From assembly GCA_049325335.1 (NCBI GenBank), contig JBMOMC010000001.1, positions 596,193 through 660,192 of the forward strand: a DNA stretch of 64,000 nt. The letters are read 5' to 3'. Shown here piece after piece: positions 10,403 through 20,587 of this stretch (its first letter is position 1; each line of letters starts with the position of its first letter). This DNA is from Nitrospirota bacterium (GTDB lineage: Bacteria; Nitrospirota; Nitrospiria; 2-01-FULL-66-17). Below the pieces are notes generated by a model that ran no database searches, was not told the origin of the DNA, and saw only the letters and a list, made by a program, of their open reading frames with translations. Both the position numbers and the translations under genes were made by a program.

Positions 10403-10451
10403 CGCGGGGTCCAGGGAAGATTTCGGCGGTCTAAAGGGTCAATTCTGTACA

Positions 10452-11054
10452 ATGACGCATTTTCGGCTCACGGCACAGGATCAGTCGCGACAAAGGGAGT
10501 TCGAGGAGCACACGCTCCCGTATCTCCCATCACTGTATGGGTTTGCCGTGGTCCTGACCGGGAACCGCGATGACGCGAATGACCTGGTTCAAGACGCGTA
10601 CATCCGGGCATTCCGCTTCTACCCGAAATATGAACGTATCGCCAATTACAAAGCGTGGCTGTTTGCCCTCACCAAGAATCTCTTTATCAACCGGTACCAC
10701 CAACGCGCCAGAGAGATTTCGCTGGACGATCTCGACCTCATTGACGACGAACCACACCAGTCGTCTGCCGCGCTGTTGCTCAACGCTCACGATCGCCACG
10801 CCCGGGGTATTTTCCGTCGCGACTTCGAGCACGCATTGGCGGCCATGCCGGAAAAACTCCGCCTGGCCGTGCTCCTCAAGGACGTCGAAGGCTTTGATTA
10901 TAAAGAAATATCAGAAATCATGGGGTGCCCGTTGGGAACCGTGATGTCGCGCCTGTCGCGCGGACGCAACCTGCTCAAAAAATCGTTGAGCGATTATTGG
11001 GGAACCTTAAAAGACGGGAAGGGGGCTGGCCTCTCCCACACCAACGCCAACTGA
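10452..11054 (+). CDS. ECF RNA polymerase sigma factor
   Basis: Region 2 DANDLVQDAYIRAF..KAWLF; region 4 GFDYKEISEIMGCPLGTVMSRLSRGR. Confidence 0.95.
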   Translation: MTHFRLTAQDQSRQREFEEHTLPYLPSLYGFAVVLTGNRDDANDLVQDAYIRAFRFYPKYERIANYKAWLFALTKNLFINRYHQRAREISLDDLDLIDDEPHQSSAALLLNAHDRHARGIFRRDFEHALAAMPEKLRLAVLLKDVEGFDYKEISEIMGCPLGTVMSRLSRGRNLLKKSLSDYWGTLKDGKGAGLSHTNAN

Positions 11055-11055
11055 C

Positions 11056-11877
11056 ATGTACGACTGCTCAACCATCGTGAAACTCATGCACCCGTTCCTC
11101 GACGGAGCGTTGGACGTGAAGGAATCGGTTCGCGTCGATACGCACCTTAAGGGTTGCGAAGATTGTCGCGAGGCCTTTCTCGCGGAGAAGGCCTTCCTGT
11201 CGCTCATACACGAGGCGGCTGAAGTGAAGCCGGCCCCGACATTTACGGCAGCCTGCTTGCGTGTGGCCTTAGACCGAGAGGTTCGCCGCGACCGTGGGCA
11301 GCGAGAACCGTTCTCCCTTCCATGGGTTGCCGCGATCACGGGATTCGCGGTTGCGGTGCTCGCTCTGATCGTGTTCGGCACGTTCCGCCACCAGGTGCCG
11401 GATTTGGTGAAACTTGCGGTGCAACAGCACCAACTTTCGTTGCGAGAACCCGACGCCTTGGATGTAGTTAATGCCGACGGGAAGGTCGTTTCCGCCTGGT
11501 TGGAGCAAAGCCTAAAGTTCGCCGTCGACATCCCGCACAGCAGTCCAACCGGGTTTGAGTTGGTGGGGGGACGGGTCGCCCGAACTGCGGACACCACGGC
11601 AGCCTATGTGGCCTACCGGGTTGGGGAGGACACGGTGTCATTACTGATGACACCTCCGCAAGAAATCCGTCTGGCGGGCCGCGATGTGATCAGCTTCCGC
11701 AACATCCTGTTTCACCCTGAGGACGTGGACGGGTACCACACCCTTGAGTGGTCCGACAGTCGCCACACCTACGTCTTGGTTGCGTCGAGTCCGCGTCTGG
11801 CGTCCCAATCCTGCCTGATCTGTCACGGCTCCGACCGCGGCCGTGAATTCATCTCCGGATTCGCGAACGGTATTTAA
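11056..11877 (+). CDS. zinc-binding (zf-HC2/ZAS) transmembrane anti-sigma factor with C-terminal CxxCH
   Basis: HLKGCEDC (HxxxCxxC), one TM helix, extracytoplasmic domain ending SCLICHG. Confidence 0.88.
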   Translation: MYDCSTIVKLMHPFLDGALDVKESVRVDTHLKGCEDCREAFLAEKAFLSLIHEAAEVKPAPTFTAACLRVALDREVRRDRGQREPFSLPWVAAITGFAVAVLALIVFGTFRHQVPDLVKLAVQQHQLSLREPDALDVVNADGKVVSAWLEQSLKFAVDIPHSSPTGFELVGGRVARTADTTAAYVAYRVGEDTVSLLMTPPQEIRLAGRDVISFRNILFHPEDVDGYHTLEWSDSRHTYVLVASSPRLASQSCLICHGSDRGREFISGFANGI

Positions 11878-11934
11878 CTGGTCTCGCCTCGGGCTGGCCC
11901 GATGAGTCGGGCTGGACGGCGACGCAACCCGCTT

Positions 11935-11968
11935 GTGAGCCGCCAGGCTTACGGGCCTGGCGGCTCAC
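11935..11968. terminator. probable bidirectional terminator hairpin
   Basis: GTGAGCCGCCAGGC-ttacgg-GCCTGGCGGCTCAC, a 14-bp stem between the convergent anti-sigma and clpX genes. Confidence 0.7.
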
Positions 11969-12020
11969 GCGGTTGATCAGAGGCGAATGGTCGAGATGAG
12001 CGTCTCGATGAATCGGGGCG

Positions 12021-13283
12021 TTACGCGGACTTCATCCCCAGATCTTGGTCGTACACCAGGATCGGCTGGGCCGTGTTCTGAATCGCTTCTTCGGTGATGA
12101 TGCACTCTTTCACGTTTTTGGACGACGGAATCTCATACATCAATTCCAACATCACCCGCTCTAAAATCGCGCGCAGTCCACGGGCGCCGGTTCGTTGTCC
12201 GTACGCGCGGCGCGCAACTTCGGCCAACGCGCCAGGGGTGAATTTGAGACGGACCTTCTCGAACGCAAAGAGCCGTTCGTACTGCTTGACCAGGGCATTT
12301 TTCGGTTCGCTCAAGATTTTGATCAGGGCTTGCTCGTCCAGGTCATCCAGCGTGGCGTGGACGGGCAGACGCCCCACGAATTCCGGGATCAACCCGAATT
12401 TGAGCAGATCTTCGGGCTCCACGTGCGCCAACAACTCGCCAATCCGTCGTTCTTCCCGACTCTTGATATCCGCGCCGAACCCCATGACTCGCGTCTGAAG
12501 GCGTTGCCCAATGATGGATTCGATGCCCACGAACGCGCCCCCGCAGATAAACAGGATTTGGCTGGTGTCGACCTGAATGAACTCCTGGTGCGGGTGCTTG
12601 CGCCCGCCTTGCGGCGGCACGTTCGCCACCGTACCCTCGATGAGTTTGAGCAGCGCCTGCTGGACCCCCTCGCCCGACACATCGCGCGTGATCGACGGGG
12701 AGTCGCTCTTGCGGCTGATCTTATCGATTTCGTCGATATACACGATGCCGCGTTCAGCCTTCTCCACGTCGTAGTCCGCGGCTTGGAGCAACTTCAGGAT
12801 GATGTTCTCCACGTCCTCGCCCACATACCCGGCTTCCGTCAGCGTCGTGGCGTCGGCAATGGTAAAGGGAACGTCCAGAATACGGGCCAGGGTCTGTGCC
12901 AACAGGGTTTTCCCGGTGCCGGTCGGGCCGATCAGGAGAATGTTGCCCTTTTGCAGCTCAACGTCGCTGACGCTCGAACCCGCGTTCACGCGCTTGTAAT
13001 GGTTGTGGACCGCGACCGCCAGCACTTTCTTGGCCCGCTCTTGCCCGACCACGTATTGATCGAGGATTCGCTTGATCTCGGTAGGTTTGGGCAGCGACGA
13101 CGACGTGACCAACTGTTTTTGGGTCTCGGATTCTTCCGCGATAATGTCGTTGCAGAGCTCGATGCACTCGTCGCAGATGTAGACGGTGGGACCGGCAATC
13201 AGCTTGCGGACCTCGTCCCGATTTTTCCCGCAGAACGAACACCGCAGCGTGTCCATTCGGTCCGATTTACGTTTGTCGTCCAC
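12021..13283 (-). CDS. clpX: ATP-dependent Clp protease ATP-binding subunit ClpX
   Basis: CSFCGK zinc finger, [21 protein letters not shown]. Confidence 0.99.
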   Translation of the reverse strand: MDDKRKSDRMDTLRCSFCGKNRDEVRKLIAGPTVYICDECIELCNDIIAEESETQKQLVTSSSLPKPTEIKRILDQYVVGQERAKKVLAVAVHNHYKRVNAGSSVSDVELQKGNILLIGPTGTGKTLLAQTLARILDVPFTIADATTLTEAGYVGEDVENIILKLLQAADYDVEKAERGIVYIDEIDKISRKSDSPSITRDVSGEGVQQALLKLIEGTVANVPPQGGRKHPHQEFIQVDTSQILFICGGAFVGIESIIGQRLQTRVMGFGADIKSREERRIGELLAHVEPEDLLKFGLIPEFVGRLPVHATLDDLDEQALIKILSEPKNALVKQYERLFAFEKVRLKFTPGALAEVARRAYGQRTGARGLRAILERVMLELMYEIPSSKNVKECIITEEAIQNTAQPILVYDQDLGMKSA

Positions 13284-13328
13284 CCGTCTCCTCTCCCGCG
13301 CCGCTCGAGGTGTTTCCGAGTCCGCTGG

Positions 13329-13925
13329 TTACGTTTTCGGTATACTGGGACCCCGTTCAAGGATGCTGTCGATCAAGCCGTAGTCCTTGGACTCCTCACC
13401 CGAGAGGAAGTAGTCCCGTTCCGTATCCGCTTGAATCCTCTCAAGCGACTGTCCCGTATGTTTGGCCAAAATTTGGTTCAAGCGTTCGCGCGTTCGCAAA
13501 ATCTCCTTGGCATGAATCCCAATGTCGGTCGCCTGGCCTTGGAACCCCCCGAGCGGCTGATGGATCATTATTCTAGCATTGGGCAGCGCATGCCGCTTGC
13601 CGCGCGCGCCGGCCGCCAATAACACGGCGCCCATGCTGGAGGCTTGTCCAATACAAATCGTCGAGACATCCGGCTTGATATATTGCATCGTATCGTAGAT
13701 AGCCAACCCGGCGGTCACCAGTCCGCCCGGACTGTTCACATACATGCTGATGTCTTTGGCCGGATCTTCGGCCTCCAAAAACAACAATTGGGCGATGATC
13801 AGATTTGCCGACGTATCCTCGATCGGGGTGCCCACGAGGATGATTCGGTCCTTCAACAACCGCGAATAGATGTCGTACGCTCGCTCCCCACGATTCGTTT
13901 GCTCAATGACCATCGGTACCAACAT
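13329..13925 (-). CDS. clpP: Clp protease proteolytic subunit
   Basis: [27 protein letters not shown]. Confidence 0.99.
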   Translation of the reverse strand: MLVPMVIEQTNRGERAYDIYSRLLKDRIILVGTPIEDTSANLIIAQLLFLEAEDPAKDISMYVNSPGGLVTAGLAIYDTMQYIKPDVSTICIGQASSMGAVLLAAGARGKRHALPNARIMIHQPLGGFQGQATDIGIHAKEILRTRERLNQILAKHTGQSLERIQADTERDYFLSGEESKDYGLIDSILERGPSIPKT

Positions 13926-13968
13926 GCGCGCTCCTTACGAAAACGAAAGGGGTTCCATCCCCCGGTGT

Positions 13969-15282
13969 TTACCTAGGCTCCTGACCGGCGGTGGAGCCGT
14001 CTTCTTCCCTAATCTCCGCATGATCGATCAACCAATCCAGCGTTTTCTCCCGACGCATCGTCGCCCGCAATCCGACGAACTCGCCGCTGTCGCCCGCGAG
14101 CAGTTTACGGACCTCCCGGACGTCGGACCGCGTTTGCGCGGCGATGCGTTGGACCTCGCGCTCAATTTCGTCCATTCCCACGGCCACCCCTTCGCGGTCT
14201 GCGATCGCTTCCAATAGCAAGTCGCCTTTGACGCGGCCTTCCGCCGCGCCGTGGATTTCCTTTTCCATGATGTCGCCCGATGCGCCGGGAACCGAGGTTC
14301 CCGGCGCCGCATGGGACAAATGGCGTTCCATGCGTTCCTTTAATGCCGCGGCTTCTCGATGTACCAGGCTGGGCGGCAAGTCCACTTGATGCCGCTCATT
14401 GAGTAATTTGACGATCGCAGTCCGTTCGTCGGCGCGCTGATCTGCGGCCTTCCGGGCAGTGATTTCCGTGCGCACGCGTTCGCGCAGGGCATCGAGCGAG
14501 GCCAGGCCCAGATCTTTAGCCAGCTCGTCGTCCAACGCAGGGAGCACCCGGCGTTTCACGTCACCCACGACGATCCGGAACACCACGCGCCGCCCCGCCA
14601 CCTGTGGGCTCTGATACTCCGCCGGGAACGTCACCTCGGTTTCGAGGCGATCGCCCTTGCGGTGCCCTCGCAACGCATCATCGATCTCCGGGATCACGGA
14701 TTGTTCACCGACGTGCACCAGGTACCCGGTGGCGCTGGCGCCAGGCAGGGGCTGGCCATCGGACGCGCCCTCAAAATCCACGACCGCAAAGTCCCCCTCC
14801 GCGATCACATGGTCGTCCTCGTAACTGACCAATTCAGCCTGCCGAAGACGGATGTTCTCCAGCATTTCCCCGACTTCGACGTCCGTGACCTCCGCGAGGC
14901 GCCGTCTGAGCGGCAGGCCCTTATACGGTTGTAGTGCGACGTCAGGCCGCACTTCCACCACCGCACGAAACGACAACGGCGCGTCCTTGGCGATCGACAA
15001 CTCTTCGATCATGGGAAGCTGCACCGGAACCAGTCCGGCGTCTTTAAGCGCCTGCTGGTAGAACCGGGGCACCAACCGCTGCACCACATCGTCGGTCACT
15101 TCGCGGTGGAACCGTTTTTCCAAGACCGGCAGCGGGACCTTCCCGGGGCGAAACCCCGGGACCTTGGCCCGGCGGCCCAGTTCCGAATACGCCGTGTCGA
15201 ACTCACGGCCGACCACGGATGGTTCCACTTCAATGACCAACACACGTTTGACCGGCGACACTGTTTCCACTGAGAGTTTCAT
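13969..15282 (-). CDS. tig: trigger factor
   Basis: PGFRPGKVP ribosome-binding motif and FKBP domain; start set at ATG 15282. Confidence 0.96.
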   Translation of the reverse strand: MKLSVETVSPVKRVLVIEVEPSVVGREFDTAYSELGRRAKVPGFRPGKVPLPVLEKRFHREVTDDVVQRLVPRFYQQALKDAGLVPVQLPMIEELSIAKDAPLSFRAVVEVRPDVALQPYKGLPLRRRLAEVTDVEVGEMLENIRLRQAELVSYEDDHVIAEGDFAVVDFEGASDGQPLPGASATGYLVHVGEQSVIPEIDDALRGHRKGDRLETEVTFPAEYQSPQVAGRRVVFRIVVGDVKRRVLPALDDELAKDLGLASLDALRERVRTEITARKAADQRADERTAIVKLLNERHQVDLPPSLVHREAAALKERMERHLSHAAPGTSVPGASGDIMEKEIHGAAEGRVKGDLLLEAIADREGVAVGMDEIEREVQRIAAQTRSDVREVRKLLAGDSGEFVGLRATMRREKTLDWLIDHAEIREEDGSTAGQEPR

Positions 15283-15349
15283 ACGCACTCGGGCTATTGA
15301 AAATGTGAATAAGAGACGACGTTCCCGGACCACACCACAACGGCGACAG

Positions 15350-15434
15350 TGGTGCGAGAGGGGGGACTTGAACCCCCACGGGGTGACCCACCAGATCCTA
15401 AGTCTGGCGCGTCTGCCAATTCCGCCACTCTCGC
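15350..15434 (-). tRNA. tRNA-Leu(TAG)
   Basis: GCGAGAGTGGCGGAATTGGCAGAC...CCAGA-CTTAGGA-TCTGG, long variable arm, GGTTCAAGTCC, encoded CCA. Confidence 0.97.
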
Positions 15435-15558
15435 ACGTGTTTTCGTCAACAAAGCGTTGCCGTCCGATGGCGCGCCCGCCGGTCCCCCGACGCGCCCCGT
15501 TTCCGACCAGTTGGATTGTCCCATGGATCGAGTGAGTCCAGCGGCCCGACGGAAAGGG

Positions 15559-15634
<76 letters not shown>

Positions 15635-15647
15635 ACATGTACGACAA

Positions 15648-15723
15648 TGGCGCGCCTGGAGGGAATTGAACCCCCGACACATGGCTCCGGAGGCCATTGC
15701 TCTATCCGCTGAGCTACAGGCGC
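15648..15723 (-). tRNA. tRNA-Arg(CCG)
   Basis: GCGCCTGTAGCTCAG...ATGGC-CTCCGGA-GCCAT...GGTTCAATTCC...GCCA. Confidence 0.96.
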
Positions 15724-15923
15724 ACGTCTCCGCCCCACGTGGACGGGCGCTCAGGCCGTGTTCACCACGCCCACCCATGCGCCAAACGCCCCCGAAAAGC
15801 GCGCGTATTGTACCGGAGCCTGAAACGGTTTGTCAAAACGCCCGCGTGTTCTCTCACACGCCACACCGTGCCGCGTTGGACCGGGTTGACCAGGGCGAGT
15901 CCACGGCTATCCTTAGCGCGCAC

Positions 15924-17402
15924 ATGGTCCAGAAACCCACCACCCTCCCGACGTTACGCGAGCCGGTTGAACACGACCTGCGGCAAATCGAACGGCGCGA
16001 GTGGCACCTGTGGTCGCTCGCGCTCATCCTGCTCGCAGCGTCCGGGGGCGTCACGGTGCTCTTAGCCTACCTCCTCGTCCAGGACGACTCCAAACAAACC
16101 GACCTGTCTCAACTCATCGCCACGCGCGGATTACCCGGACTGGTCGTGCTCATCGCCTTATTCTGCGCCTACGTGCTCCATACGCGGGTGACCTTCGGCC
16201 GGATGCGCACGTTGTTCCAGAAACAAGCCATGCGTGACGCCCTCACCGGTCTGTTTAGCCGACGGTATTTTAACGAACGGATGGACGAACACTTCTCGAG
16301 AGCCGAATCCGCTGGCGGGATCTTCGCCTTTTTGTTATGCGACCTCGATCACTTCAAGGCCGTCAACGACACCCAGGGACACCAGGCCGGAGATACCGTG
16401 CTTCAGGACGTCGGCAAAGCCGTCTTGGAAGCCACGCGCGGCGCGGACCTGGTGGTCCGGTGGGGCGGAGATGAGATCCTCGTCGTGCTCACCAGAACCA
16501 CCCGTGACGGAGTGTTGACTGCGGCGGACCGTATCCGTAAGGCCGTCGCATTGGTGGGAACGCAGCGCCGGATGCCGTTGGACGTGAGCATCGGTGCCGC
16601 GTTGTATCCCGAGCATGGTCAAACCGTTGAGGAGCTGGTCCGTCTCGCGGATCGCGCGCTCTATATCGCCAAACGCGGCGGCGACAAGGTGCATATCGGC
16701 GAAGACGAATATCAATTGGATGACCAAACGGTGCACACCGTGTTCCAACCCGTGGTGGATCACACCTCCGGGGAAATCCTGGGATACGAAGCGCTGAGCC
16801 GAGACCCTCAAGGGAAGGTCGGCATCGGCGAGTTGTTCGGCCGGTATCAGGCCGTGGGGCAACTGCACGAACTCAAGTGTTTATGTTTCCAAATCCAGCT
16901 TCGCGCCGCCGCGCGGGTCGGACTTCATCGGGTCTTCATCAACGTGGATTTTGCCGTGCTCGATCACCTGAACGTGATCCCCAAACCGCCTCAGACCGAA
17001 GTGATCTTGGAAATCTCGGAAGCCGAGGCCCTGCACGACGTCGAGCGCCACCTCGATACCACCAAAGCCTGGCGCGCCGCGGGCTATAAATTCGCAATCG
17101 ACGATTTCGGCGCCGGGTTTATTTCGCTGCCGTTTGTGGCGCGGCTGATTCCGGACTACATCAAACTGGACCGGGCCACCATTGTGCAGGCCGGCGAGTC
17201 TCGGCAATTTCTGACCTTTCTCCGCGACCTCGTCCTCGCGCTGCGGAACTATTCCAAGGAAAACATCATCGCGGAAGGTATTGAAACGCCGGACGAGCTC
17301 CAGGTCGTCCGCGATCTCGGAATCAGCCCGGTCCAAGGCTACCTGGTCGGCAAGCCCCAAGAACTTCGCGCGAACCCCACCCGCGAACGCCGCGCCGCGT
17401 AA
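15924..17402 (+). CDS. membrane-anchored GGDEF-EAL c-di-GMP metabolism protein
   Basis: Two TMs, DALTGL, DLDHFK.VND..GH..GD, RGAD I-site, RWGGDEI; EAL domain YEALSR, DDFGAG, AEGIET, QGY. Confidence 0.92.
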   Translation: MVQKPTTLPTLREPVEHDLRQIERREWHLWSLALILLAASGGVTVLLAYLLVQDDSKQTDLSQLIATRGLPGLVVLIALFCAYVLHTRVTFGRMRTLFQKQAMRDALTGLFSRRYFNERMDEHFSRAESAGGIFAFLLCDLDHFKAVNDTQGHQAGDTVLQDVGKAVLEATRGADLVVRWGGDEILVVLTRTTRDGVLTAADRIRKAVALVGTQRRMPLDVSIGAALYPEHGQTVEELVRLADRALYIAKRGGDKVHIGEDEYQLDDQTVHTVFQPVVDHTSGEILGYEALSRDPQGKVGIGELFGRYQAVGQLHELKCLCFQIQLRAAARVGLHRVFINVDFAVLDHLNVIPKPPQTEVILEISEAEALHDVERHLDTTKAWRAAGYKFAIDDFGAGFISLPFVARLIPDYIKLDRATIVQAGESRQFLTFLRDLVLALRNYSKENIIAEGIETPDELQVVRDLGISPVQGYLVGKPQELRANPTRERRAA

Positions 17403-17425
17403 CACAACAAAACTGCCGGACAGCC

Positions 17426-17502
17426 TGGCGCGCCTGGGGCGAATCGAACGCCCGACCCACAGCTTAGAAGGCTGTTGCTCTATCCGACTGAGCTACAGGC
17501 GC
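17426..17502 (-). tRNA. tRNA-Arg(TCT)
   Basis: GCGCCTGTAGCTCAG...ACAGC-CTTCTAA-GCTGT...GTTCGATTC...GCCA. Confidence 0.96.
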
Positions 17503-17522
17503 ATGTGTACAGGCACCGACGA

Positions 17523-17586
17523 GGGGAGATGGGGAGAGCGGGTGACACGTACTTTCGCCCATTCTCCCCGTCGCCCACTCACCCCT
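17523..17586. repeat. imperfect inverted array of short (~8 nt) repeats
   Basis: GGGGAGATGGGGAGAGCGGGTGA facing TTTCGCCC-ATTCTCCC-CGTCGCCC-ACTCACCC; related units recur near 28.3-28.4 kb. Confidence 0.55.
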
Positions 17587-17599
17587 TCGTCTTTAAAAA

Positions 17600-17674
<75 letters not shown>

Positions 17675-17823
17675 TACTCGTATCAGCCGACCAGTTTGTT
17701 CACGGCTCCCAGAAGCCTATTCAGGGAAGACCGGATGCACGGCGGATGGAGAGCCTTGCGCGCGGAGCGTACTGGGTCGTACGTGAGCACGCAAGGCCGA
17801 CCGACAACGCCGCAGACGCCCTT

Positions 17824-18468
17824 TCATAGACAGGCTTCCAGCCACGCCGCATCCGTGCTCAGCATATCACGAACCGCAACCAGCGCGCGCGCCCGATGGC
17901 TGACGCGATTCTTCTCCGCATCGGACAATTCCGCGAACGTGAGGTCTCGCTCGGGCAGCTCGAACACCGGGTCATAGCCGAATCCGCGGACGCCGGCCTC
18001 GGTGTCGCGGATCCGGCCTTCGACTGATCCCGCAAAAACGCGAACCGCGCCGGACGGAGCGGCGAGCGCGATTACGCACCGAAACCGGCCGGTTCGACGA
18101 TCGGGTGGCACGTCGCGAAGGCGCGCCAACAACAGTCGGCGATTGTCCACATCGGTCGCCCCGAGGCCCGCGTACCGGGCGGACAACACGCCGGGCGCTC
18201 CGCCGAGCGCATCCACCTCTAATCCCGAATCATCCGCCAATACGGGAAGTTGAAGGCGTCGGGCCAATGGCACGGCCTTCTTGAGGGCATTGGCCTCGTA
18301 CGTCAGGCCATCTTCTTCCACGCCCGTTAAAACGCCCACGTCGCGCTGGGAGACGAACTCCCAGTCGAGCCCGCTCAGCAGCGCGGTGATCTCGCGAACT
18401 TTCCCCGCATTAGTGGTGGCGAGCACTAGAACGCGTCCGCGCGTCCCCGCAACATTCGGCGACGGCAC
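17824..18468 (-). CDS. rdgB: non-canonical purine NTP pyrophosphatase RdgB/HAM1
   Basis: LATTNAGKVRE, ADDSGL, GFGYDPVF, KNRVSHRARA. Confidence 0.96.
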   Translation of the reverse strand: MPSPNVAGTRGRVLVLATTNAGKVREITALLSGLDWEFVSQRDVGVLTGVEEDGLTYEANALKKAVPLARRLQLPVLADDSGLEVDALGGAPGVLSARYAGLGATDVDNRRLLLARLRDVPPDRRTGRFRCVIALAAPSGAVRVFAGSVEGRIRDTEAGVRGFGYDPVFELPERDLTFAELSDAEKNRVSHRARALVAVRDMLSTDAAWLEACL

Positions 18469-18477
18469 CTCCGCGGC

Positions 18478-19200
18478 CTACAACGCCAGCTTCGGTCCCA
18501 ACGCGGCGCGCTGAACCGCGGTGAGCTTGCGGATCCCGCCCGCCGCCAAGCGCGTCAGCTCCGCCAGATCCTTCGCGGAAAACGGCGTGCGTTCGGCGGT
18601 GCCTTGGACCTCCACGAATCCGCCGGCGCCCGTCATCACCACGTTCATGTCCACCTCGGCGGCGGAATCTTCCGCGTAGCAGAGGTCCAACAATCGCGCG
18701 CCGTTCACAGTGCCCACGCTCACCGCCGCCACGTAGTCCTTGACCGGCATCGCGGTAAACAGTCCATCGGCCATGCCTTTGCGACAGGCCACCACCAGGG
18801 CGACAAACGCGCCGGTGATCGACGCGGTGCGCGTTCCCCCGTCGGCCTGAATCACGTCGCAGTCGATCCAGATCGTGCGTTCGCCCATCGCCGCAAAATC
18901 CATCACCGCGCGCAGCGAGCGACCCACCAACCGTTGGATCTCCTGCGTCCGTCCGCCGATCTTGGTTCGTTCGCGCTGGGTGCGCTCGGTGGTGGCGCGG
19001 GGCAACATGGCGTATTCGGCCGAGACCCACCCCACGCCTTTGCCCTTGAGAAACGGCGGCACGCGGTTCTCCAACGTGGCCGTACACACCACCTTGGTTT
19101 CGCCCATTTCGATGAGCGCGGAGCCCTCCGCGGGTTTGATGAAGCCCGTGGTGATCTTCACTGGGCGTAATTGCTTCGCTGTTCGTCCATCGGGCCGCAA
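18478..19200 (-). CDS. rph: ribonuclease PH
   Basis: TTG start [38 protein letters not shown]. Confidence 0.97.
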   Translation of the reverse strand: MRPDGRTAKQLRPVKITTGFIKPAEGSALIEMGETKVVCTATLENRVPPFLKGKGVGWVSAEYAMLPRATTERTQRERTKIGGRTQEIQRLVGRSLRAVMDFAAMGERTIWIDCDVIQADGGTRTASITGAFVALVVACRKGMADGLFTAMPVKDYVAAVSVGTVNGARLLDLCYAEDSAAEVDMNVVMTGAGGFVEVQGTAERTPFSAKDLAELTRLAAGGIRKLTAVQRAALGPKLAL

Positions 19201-19355
19201 GGTTCTCCCCCTGAAAAAAGTGGGGCGATTATAGGAAAGGGCGTGAGGAAAGATCAAACGCGCCGCGCGCCACCTCATGACACGCGATGATGATACGCCG
19301 CAGGCTCACCTAACCCACGGCGCAGCAACGGGCGGAGCATCAGAGCCGCGTCGGA

Positions 19356-20579
19356 TCATGCCGCGTTGGGCAGCGATGAGTCGGTGTCCCCAAAACGCTG
19401 CGACCGGCGGTCCGCGGTCCGCGGATCCATCGGGAGCACCACCGCGAACGTGGTTCCGCGACCGAGCGCGGAATCCACCGCGATGGTTCCGCGGTGTTCG
19501 TCCACGACGTGATAACACGTCAGCAGCCCCAACCCACTGCCCTCGTGGCCTTTGGTGGTAAAAAACGGGGTGAACAATCGTTCGAGATTCTCCTCGGAGA
19601 TCCCCACTCCGGTGTCGGTCACGCGCAGTTCCACGTGGGGAAGGGATCGGACGGTGGTCGCCCGGGTCGACACGGTCAGCGTACCCCCCGAGGGCATGGC
19701 CTGGATCGCGTTCAGCATCAAGTTCAGCACCACCTGCGTCATCCGCTCTTGGTCCATCTGGACGAGCCCGAGCGAGGCATCCGGTTGTACGGCGATCGAC
19801 ACCCCGTTCAGGCGGGCCTGCGGCGCGAGCAACGCCGCGGTGTGTTCGATGACGGCGTGTAAATCCGCGGCCGCCAGCAACGGCGCGGCGGCCCCGATAA
19901 ACTTGGAGTAGTTCAGTAGTTGACGAATGAGCCCCCGGATCCGCTCCACTTCCTTGACCGTCACCTGATACAGCGTGCCCCAATACTCGGGGTCTTCGCT
20001 CGCCTCTGCCCGTTTGGCCGGGAGCATTTGCAGGAATGTCGAAATCGGAACCAGGGGGTTGTTGATTTCGTGCGCCAGGCCCGCGGCCAAGGTCCCCACC
20101 GCGCTCATGCGATTGGCGCGCGCCATCCGTTTGAGCGTCTCCACCTTCTCCGCATACAGCCGCTCGCGTTCTTTGACCAACAGATATCGCTCAATGCCGT
20201 CGCGAAAGGCCATCTGCACCTCGCGTTCATCGTACGGCTTGGTCAGATAGCGGGACACGTTGCCCACGTTGATCGCGTCCACCACGCTTTCCAGGTCCGA
20301 ATACGCGGTCAACAACATCCGCCCCGTGTCCGGGTACTGGGCGCGCACCTGCGCGAGAAATTGCGTGCCGGACATGTCGGGCATCCGCTGATCCGAGAGC
20401 ACCAGCGCGATCTCGCCCTGGGACAAGATCTCCAGTCCCGCCGCACCGCTGGGCGCGGTCAGAATCGTGAACTCTCGCCGAAACTGCCGTTGCAGGGTCT
20501 CGAGCGCGTAGGGCTCGTCGTCCACGTACAGGACCGGATACGCCTTGTAGTCTACGCGCTCGCCCATCGCGTCCCTCAT
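19356..20579 (-). CDS. hybrid receiver-histidine kinase (REC-HisKA-HATPase)
   Basis: YVDDE, SDQRMP, AHEINNPL, NAIQAM, DTGVG, FFTTK, GLGL. Confidence 0.93.
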   Translation of the reverse strand: MRDAMGERVDYKAYPVLYVDDEPYALETLQRQFRREFTILTAPSGAAGLEILSQGEIALVLSDQRMPDMSGTQFLAQVRAQYPDTGRMLLTAYSDLESVVDAINVGNVSRYLTKPYDEREVQMAFRDGIERYLLVKERERLYAEKVETLKRMARANRMSAVGTLAAGLAHEINNPLVPISTFLQMLPAKRAEASEDPEYWGTLYQVTVKEVERIRGLIRQLLNYSKFIGAAAPLLAAADLHAVIEHTAALLAPQARLNGVSIAVQPDASLGLVQMDQERMTQVVLNLMLNAIQAMPSGGTLTVSTRATTVRSLPHVELRVTDTGVGISEENLERLFTPFFTTKGHEGSGLGLLTCYHVVDEHRGTIAVDSALGRGTTFAVVLPMDPRTADRRSQRFGDTDSSLPNAA

Positions 20580-20587
20580 CGCGTGTG

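Noticed and set aside
12195..13622. 475-aa plus-strand ORF (similar long ORFs at 21083-22399, 37247-38599, 53658-55199, 58515-59819)
   Set aside because: Antisense shadows of well-supported genes, expected with GC-rich codon bias; no recognisable motifs.
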